Source: Chthonomonas calidirosea
GTDB lineage: Bacteria > Armatimonadota > Fimbriimonadia > Fimbriimonadales > Fimbriimonadaceae
Reading direction: 5' to 3'
DNA length: 13,934 nt
NCBI GenBank assembly: GCA_945859975.1
Contig: CAMAPH010000055.1
Location: 1 to 13,934, forward strand
Shown here: positions 9,622 through 13,934 of the stretch, one piece after another
Numbering within the stretch: the stretch's first letter is position 1
How the letters are laid out: the number at the start of each line of letters is the position of its first letter
Notes under the pieces: generated by a model
Told to the model about the DNA's origin: nothing
The model's database searches: none
Seen by the model: the letters and a program-made list of their open reading frames with translations, nothing else
Translations under genes and position numbers: made by a program

Positions 9622-11211
9622 ATGAACTGCTTCACCCCAGCACTGTTTTTGTACGCGGCCCTCTTCGGCATTCCCGCTAACCCGCCGGCCGCACCAACGC
9701 AAGTTCGAGGATGGATGATCCACGGATCAAGCCCCGCCTACCATCGCCTCGTCCTTGAAAGGGCAAAGGAGTACGGCATCAATCACCTCGAAATCGCCGG
9801 GAATAACCCAACCACGGCAGACGAAATCGTAGGAACTCGCGGCGAACAAGTCGCAAAGACCGCTAGAGCGGCCCGCGCGCTCGGCATCGATTGCTACATC
9901 TGGGTCCGCGAACTGAACACTCGCGATAGAGCTACCAAGCTAGACCCCTCGACCGAAGCCGGAGCCCAATTCTGGAATACCCGGCGCAACGCTCTCAAAC
10001 TCGCCTTCCAAAATGCCCCTGATCTCAACGGGATCGTCCTTAGCTACGCCTCCACCCCAACCGAAATTTGGTACGCCACTGACGCTTCACCCTTCTGGAC
10101 CCAGAAGACAATGGAGCAACGAATCCGCTTCGTCACCGAGCAGTTTCTAACCGTCACCCAACCGCTTAACAAGCGAGTGTACGTGCGCGATTTCAACCAC
10201 TCGCCGCAACAACTCCGCTGGATAGTCGACGCCTTCACCGACTACCCGCAAGTCACCCTCCACTCCAAATGGACCCCCCAGGATTGGCAACTCTTCTATC
10301 CCGAATCGTTTGCCCTTGGAGCAATTGGAAAAACGCCTCAAGTCATCGAGGCCGACCTGGGCGCCGAATACTGGGGCCGATCCATGGTGCCGGTTTCTCT
10401 TGTCAAGTACATCAAAGCCCGCTGGGACTACGACCGTTCAAAAGGCTGCCAAGGCATCGTCGCCCGAATTGACCGAGACGAAGAAACCGCGCTCGACACC
10501 CCAAGCGAGATCAACCTCTACGCCCTATCCAAGTACCTTGCCAACCCCAATACCACCCCAGCAGAGGTCTACCAAACCTGGAACGCGAAGCGATATGGCC
10601 TGAAACCCGGCACACCAGAGTCAAAAACCCTCACCGAAATCTACGAACGCACGTTCGACCAGGCAAAGAAGATGTTCTACACCCTCGGCTTTTGGACCCC
10701 GAAGGACCAATCTATGATTCCGGACACCGTGGCAAGCATCGAAGGCGGCATCCGCGGAAAATCCTCCGCCATCTGGAACCCAGCCCTTAAAGAACTTGAG
10801 CAACAACTCGTCCACCCCACCCCGAGCGTTCATGCCCGTATCATGCAAGATCGAAGCTCCGCGATACGGCTCGCCGAGCAAAACGTAACCGAACTGAGCC
10901 GCATCGCTGATCGCCTGAAACCCCGCGACGCGCAAGACTGGCAAACCCGCCTCGAACTCTCTCTCAGCATGGCAAGGGTCTGGCATGCCATGGCCGACGC
11001 CGTTTGGTCCCTCCGAGTAGCAGAAGAAGCCAAGGACAAATCTGAAACGACTCTCGCCGAAATCACCGCTAAGGTCGATACCTTCAAGATGGAATCGGCT
11101 CGCCTTCGCCAAAATGGCCCCGCCGCATCCTTCCGGTTCGAAATGATCGAATCAGCCGCAAACCTGGCCGACGATATCAAAAAGCGCGCATCGAACTTAA
11201 AAGGGAAATAG
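9622..11211 (+). CDS. Secreted TIM-barrel protein, putative glycoside hydrolase (GH67/GH115-like)
   Basis: Hydrophobic N-terminal signal. RGWMIH, YGINHLEI, VYVRDF, SKWTPQDW, IEADLGAEYWG; EINLYALSKYLANP resembles the ANWYAFGRLAWDP segment of GH67 alpha-glucuronidases. Helical C-terminal domain. The CDS is solid; the family is a by-eye call. Confidence 0.55.
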   Translation: MNCFTPALFLYAALFGIPANPPAAPTQVRGWMIHGSSPAYHRLVLERAKEYGINHLEIAGNNPTTADEIVGTRGEQVAKTARAARALGIDCYIWVRELNTRDRATKLDPSTEAGAQFWNTRRNALKLAFQNAPDLNGIVLSYASTPTEIWYATDASPFWTQKTMEQRIRFVTEQFLTVTQPLNKRVYVRDFNHSPQQLRWIVDAFTDYPQVTLHSKWTPQDWQLFYPESFALGAIGKTPQVIEADLGAEYWGRSMVPVSLVKYIKARWDYDRSKGCQGIVARIDRDEETALDTPSEINLYALSKYLANPNTTPAEVYQTWNAKRYGLKPGTPESKTLTEIYERTFDQAKKMFYTLGFWTPKDQSMIPDTVASIEGGIRGKSSAIWNPALKELEQQLVHPTPSVHARIMQDRSSAIRLAEQNVTELSRIADRLKPRDAQDWQTRLELSLSMARVWHAMADAVWSLRVAEEAKDKSETTLAEITAKVDTFKMESARLRQNGPAASFRFEMIESAANLADDIKKRASNLKGK

Positions 11212-11276
11212 GCCCAAAAGTAGCAATATCTCACACAATTTACGAACTTTAACGTAACATAAAAATACAACCTGCA

Positions 11277-11903
11277 ATGCAAACCTACTTCAAAATATCC
11301 GCCACTTTCCTCGCTGTTGCCGCCTTTCTTGGCTCTGCCGCCACCGCATTTTCGCAGCCCACCGACCGTGGCAGCATCGTGGTCTACCCAACCGTCTTTG
11401 ACCAAAGCGGAACCAAAACCTCTCGCGCCTCCGCCGAAATGGCCCTAAACGACATCCTCAAAAAAGGCGGCTTCAAAGTCCTAGATTCAAGCGTCGCGGC
11501 CAGAGTCTGGAAGGCGAAAGGCCTGCGCACCCCAACCGCCACCCGCCCGCCAAGCACCGCCGACCTCACCGAACTCGGCAAAGCCATCGGCGTCCGCTAC
11601 GTTGTCGCCACCACCGTCAGCTTCCACACCCGGTCCATCTGGGTGAACCTCGGGCCCAAAACCATCTCCACCGCCTCCTTCGCAACCTCCATCGTCGATT
11701 CTAAAACCGGCAAAGTAGTCCACGAAGCGGATACCGAAGGCCGAAGCGATGAAAAGTCCGACACCCTAAAAGTCGTAGGCTCCCTCCTCATCACCCCGCT
11801 CGTCTCGGCCGTCAGCGGTGGACCCAAAACCCCGCACGAAACCCGAGCTGCCCAAATCGCCGCCGCCCGTGCCCTCGAAAAGTTCGTTACGGTTACGAAC
11901 TAA
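11277..11903 (+). CDS. Secreted protein, CsgG/LpoB/TolB-N-like fold
   Basis: Sec signal MQTYFKISATFLAVAAFLGSAATAFS with no lipobox Cys. Pattern IVVYP...LKKGGFKVLD...ELGKAIGVRYVV...IVDSKTGKVV matches this fold group. Confidence 0.6.
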   Translation: MQTYFKISATFLAVAAFLGSAATAFSQPTDRGSIVVYPTVFDQSGTKTSRASAEMALNDILKKGGFKVLDSSVAARVWKAKGLRTPTATRPPSTADLTELGKAIGVRYVVATTVSFHTRSIWVNLGPKTISTASFATSIVDSKTGKVVHEADTEGRSDEKSDTLKVVGSLLITPLVSAVSGGPKTPHETRAAQIAAARALEKFVTVTN

Positions 11904-11916
11904 GTAACGACCCTAA

Positions 11917-11947
11917 GAAGCTGGAGTGCCGAAGACACTCCAGCTTC
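11917..11947. terminator. 12-bp stem hairpin between convergent genes (probable bidirectional terminator)
   Basis: GAAGCTGGAGTG-CCGAAGA-CACTCCAGCTTC, between the stops at 11903 (+) and 11949 (-). Confidence 0.7.
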
Positions 11948-11948
11948 A

Positions 11949-12152
11949 TCACTCAGTTCCCTGCGCAAGTCCCAACCCTCGACTTGCCAACTCCTCCTTC
12001 AAAACCCGCAGCGCCTTCGGACCCATTCCGTGCAGCTTCTTAAGCTCCGCTTCCGAAACCCCAACCAAATCCTCCAAGTGGCAAAATCCCGCCGCCGCTA
12101 ACGCATTCCGAGCCGGCTGCCCGATCCCCTTTAGGTCCTTAAACTCCGTCAC
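11949..12152 (-). CDS. Stand-alone helix-hairpin-helix / RNA polymerase alpha-CTD-like DNA-binding protein
   Basis: DLKGIGQPARNALAAAGF..LEDL..VSEAELKKLHGMGPKALRVLKEEL..RGL mirrors the alpha-CTD/HhH pattern. Start tentatively GTG 12152 (67 aa), since ATG 12176 leaves only 2 nt before the divergent gene. Confidence 0.8.
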   Translation of the reverse strand: MTEFKDLKGIGQPARNALAAAGFCHLEDLVGVSEAELKKLHGMGPKALRVLKEELASRGLGLAQGTE

Positions 12153-12178
12153 TTTCAAACCAGTGTAAAACATCATCC

Positions 12179-12661
12179 ATGACCGTCATCGAGGCCGCCA
12201 AGCGAAACACCGTCAACACCATGGAAATGTTCCTCCGGAACTTCTCCCACATCCCGGATGACAAGCTGACCTGGAGCCCGACCCCCACCGCAAAATCCCC
12301 CCTCCGCATCGCCGCCCACACCGCCCTCTATGCCGGCCGATTCGCAAAAATGATCCGCGACCAAAAGCTCCCCATCCCCGAAAACCTCGAACAGTGGCTC
12401 GACGAAAGAAACAAAGAAGAACAAGCCATAACCACCCGCCAAGAAATCGAGCCCATCTTCCGCGCCGGCACCGACCAAGTCCTCGCCGCCCTAGACTCCC
12501 TCACCCCCGAAGATCTCGACTCCGTCCTAAATTCCGGGCAAGGCTGGACCATGAGCATGCAGCACCTCATCACGCTGCCAGCCCTTCACGCCACCCTCCA
12601 CACCGGCCAAATCGACTTCATCCAAACCTGCTGGAACGACCAGCAGGTCTATGTCGGATAA
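12179..12661 (+). CDS. DinB/YfiT superfamily protein
   Basis: IPDDKLTWSP..AKSPLRIAAH...LDSLTPEDL...LHATLHTGQI; His triad typical of the DinB_2 four-helix bundle. Confidence 0.85.
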   Translation: MTVIEAAKRNTVNTMEMFLRNFSHIPDDKLTWSPTPTAKSPLRIAAHTALYAGRFAKMIRDQKLPIPENLEQWLDERNKEEQAITTRQEIEPIFRAGTDQVLAALDSLTPEDLDSVLNSGQGWTMSMQHLITLPALHATLHTGQIDFIQTCWNDQQVYVG

Positions 12662-12667
12662 GAAAGC

Positions 12668-13546
12668 TTAGTAATGACAAGTGCGGGCCAAAACCGCCGC
12701 CTGCCCCTCGGTCTCATCCAAGATTCGCAACTCCTGCAAAAACACTCCAAAGTGGCGGCTCGGCGCATAACCCACCTCCTCCCAACCCAGGAACGAACCG
12801 TTAACGTGGGGCCGCCGATCGATTCGAATACCGTATTTCTGAATCAGCGCCGCCGATCCGGGGAAGATGCGCTCGCAAGTCCCAATCGGGTCCGCTTCCC
12901 AACCTTCCAACTGCTCCTCCGTAAACGCGTTCGGACGCAATGCATCCACAACAATCGACTCCGGCTCCCCATCGGGCTCGCGCTCCAGCCGCTGAACCGA
13001 CCGCACCACGCAGTCCAAAACGTCCTCGCGATCAACCCCGCCGTAAAGCAGCTTCGCGCCATACCGATTCACCCAATCCGACCCCCAAGGCGTCAAATCC
13101 GCCGGCCGAACCGCCACGTAACGAAGGCCATTTGCCCGCCGCTGATACTCGCAAAGCTCCTCGCCAATGCGCTTGGTAAAACCGTACTTGTCGTAGTGCC
13201 CGTGCCAAGCCTGCGAACTCAAAAAGACAAACCGCTTGATCCCGCTCGCCCGTGCCGCCTGAAGCGACCAAAACAACCCATCAACGTTGAGTCGCCAAAA
13301 GTCGATCTCCGTCTTTTGCTGCCAATGAATGCCGTGCCAAGCGGGTAAATGGATAATCGCATCACACCCCGCCACCGCCTTCTCCAGCCCAAAACCTTGC
13401 TGAACATCAACCTGATGAAAAGGCAATTCCGTGGGGACAACCGGCTGCGAAAGGTCCGTCAGAACCAACTCGTGGCCGAGAGCCTGAAGCTTCGGAATGA
13501 GTCCGCTGCCAATGTTGCCGTTGCACGACGTAACCAAAATGCGCAT
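12668..13546 (-). CDS. NAD(P)-dependent epimerase/dehydratase family (extended SDR)
   Basis: N-terminal Rossmann MRILVTSCNGNIG, CDAIIHLPA, RFVFLSS, YxxxK = YGFTK, AVRP. GATACT (13557-13552) lies 5 nt before the ATG. Confidence 0.88.
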   Translation of the reverse strand: MRILVTSCNGNIGSGLIPKLQALGHELVLTDLSQPVVPTELPFHQVDVQQGFGLEKAVAGCDAIIHLPAWHGIHWQQKTEIDFWRLNVDGLFWSLQAARASGIKRFVFLSSQAWHGHYDKYGFTKRIGEELCEYQRRANGLRYVAVRPADLTPWGSDWVNRYGAKLLYGGVDREDVLDCVVRSVQRLEREPDGEPESIVVDALRPNAFTEEQLEGWEADPIGTCERIFPGSAALIQKYGIRIDRRPHVNGSFLGWEEVGYAPSRHFGVFLQELRILDETEGQAAVLARTCHY

Positions 13547-13662
13547 GCCGCAGTATCGCCCAAAGTTCTGCTATCAATGCGCTTTGCAACGAGCCTAAAG
13601 AGCTCACACCTGACCTGCCAGCACGATCAGCAATCCAATGACGGATAATCCAAGAACCAGAA

Positions 13663-13934
13663 ATGTCCACGCCCCAAGAACTTCCAGCCGAAATCTCCTT
13701 CGAAGCGTGGATTAGCCACATCTTCGACCACGATGATCCAAAATGGCACCGAAAAGAGAACGTAAGCTTCTGGGACGAACAAGCAAACCCAGCCATCGCC
13801 CTCAACCACCTCGACCGCCTATTCTCCGCCCCGGAGTTTCTTGTAGAACGCTTTACTCCAAACCAAATTGGGACTGGAATCGAGTTCCTAAGCGACCCTT
13901 GGTCTTCCGACTACGCATTCATCTTTCTTAACCA
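13663..13934 (+). CDS. Hypothetical protein, 3'-truncated by window edge (not in the ORF track)
   Basis: Hand-translated with no stop to the window end: MSTPQELPAEISFEAWISHIFDHDDPKWHRKENVSFWDEQANPAIALNHLDRLFSAPEFLVERFTPNQIGTGIEFLSDPWSSDYAFIFLN. Protein-like composition; GATAAT upstream. Confidence 0.7.
   Translation, partial: MSTPQELPAEISFEAWISHIFDHDDPKWHRKENVSFWDEQANPAIALNHLDRLFSAPEFLVERFTPNQIGTGIEFLSDPWSSDYAFIFLN

Noticed and set aside
12674..13348. 224-aa plus-strand ORF antisense to the SDR, and 7874-8560 antisense to the GNAT
   Set aside because: They overlap well-supported opposite-strand genes and have no recognisable motifs.
8030..13546. Run of small accessory genes (GNAT, ankyrin, VOC, HhH, DinB) as a possible integron cassette array
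   Set aside because: Genes alternate in orientation, several have their own promoter-like elements, and I found no attC-like RYYYAAC...GTTRRRY structure or integrase.

Overview
Gene-dense, GC-rich bacterial chromosomal window with about 18 CDS. I found no rRNA, tRNA, CRISPR array, transposase or integrase. It begins inside clpB (5'-truncated). Next comes a minus-strand HEPN (RX4HXY) + minimal nucleotidyltransferase (GSX10DXD) toxin-antitoxin-type pair with its own sigma70-like promoter, bracketed by two related GC-rich palindromes. Then: a HEAT-repeat protein with an apparent HicB-like N-terminal segment, translationally coupled to dacB (PBP4/peptidase S13); a DUF1385 membrane protein; a 76-aa hypothetical; a Nif3/YqfO-like protein; a GNAT; an unlisted 48-aa basic ORF; an ankyrin protein; a VOC protein; a secreted GH67-like TIM-barrel protein; a secreted CsgG/LpoB-like protein; a stand-alone HhH/RNAP alpha-CTD-like protein divergent from a DinB protein; an atypical extended SDR; and a 3'-truncated hypothetical. 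Several genes have a -10 hexamer 5-7 nt before the start codon with no Shine-Dalgarno (probably leaderless). The + strand is strongly C/A-rich regardless of gene direction. The style is reminiscent of Armatimonadota, which is an unverified inference. Most of the window is ordinary. The best leads are the palindrome-bracketed HEPN-MNT cassette, the HicB-like/HEAT fusion, the orphan GH67-like enzyme, the missed small basic ORF and a repeated CACAATT-N12-CGT motif. All family calls come from motif recognition by eye; no database searches were run.
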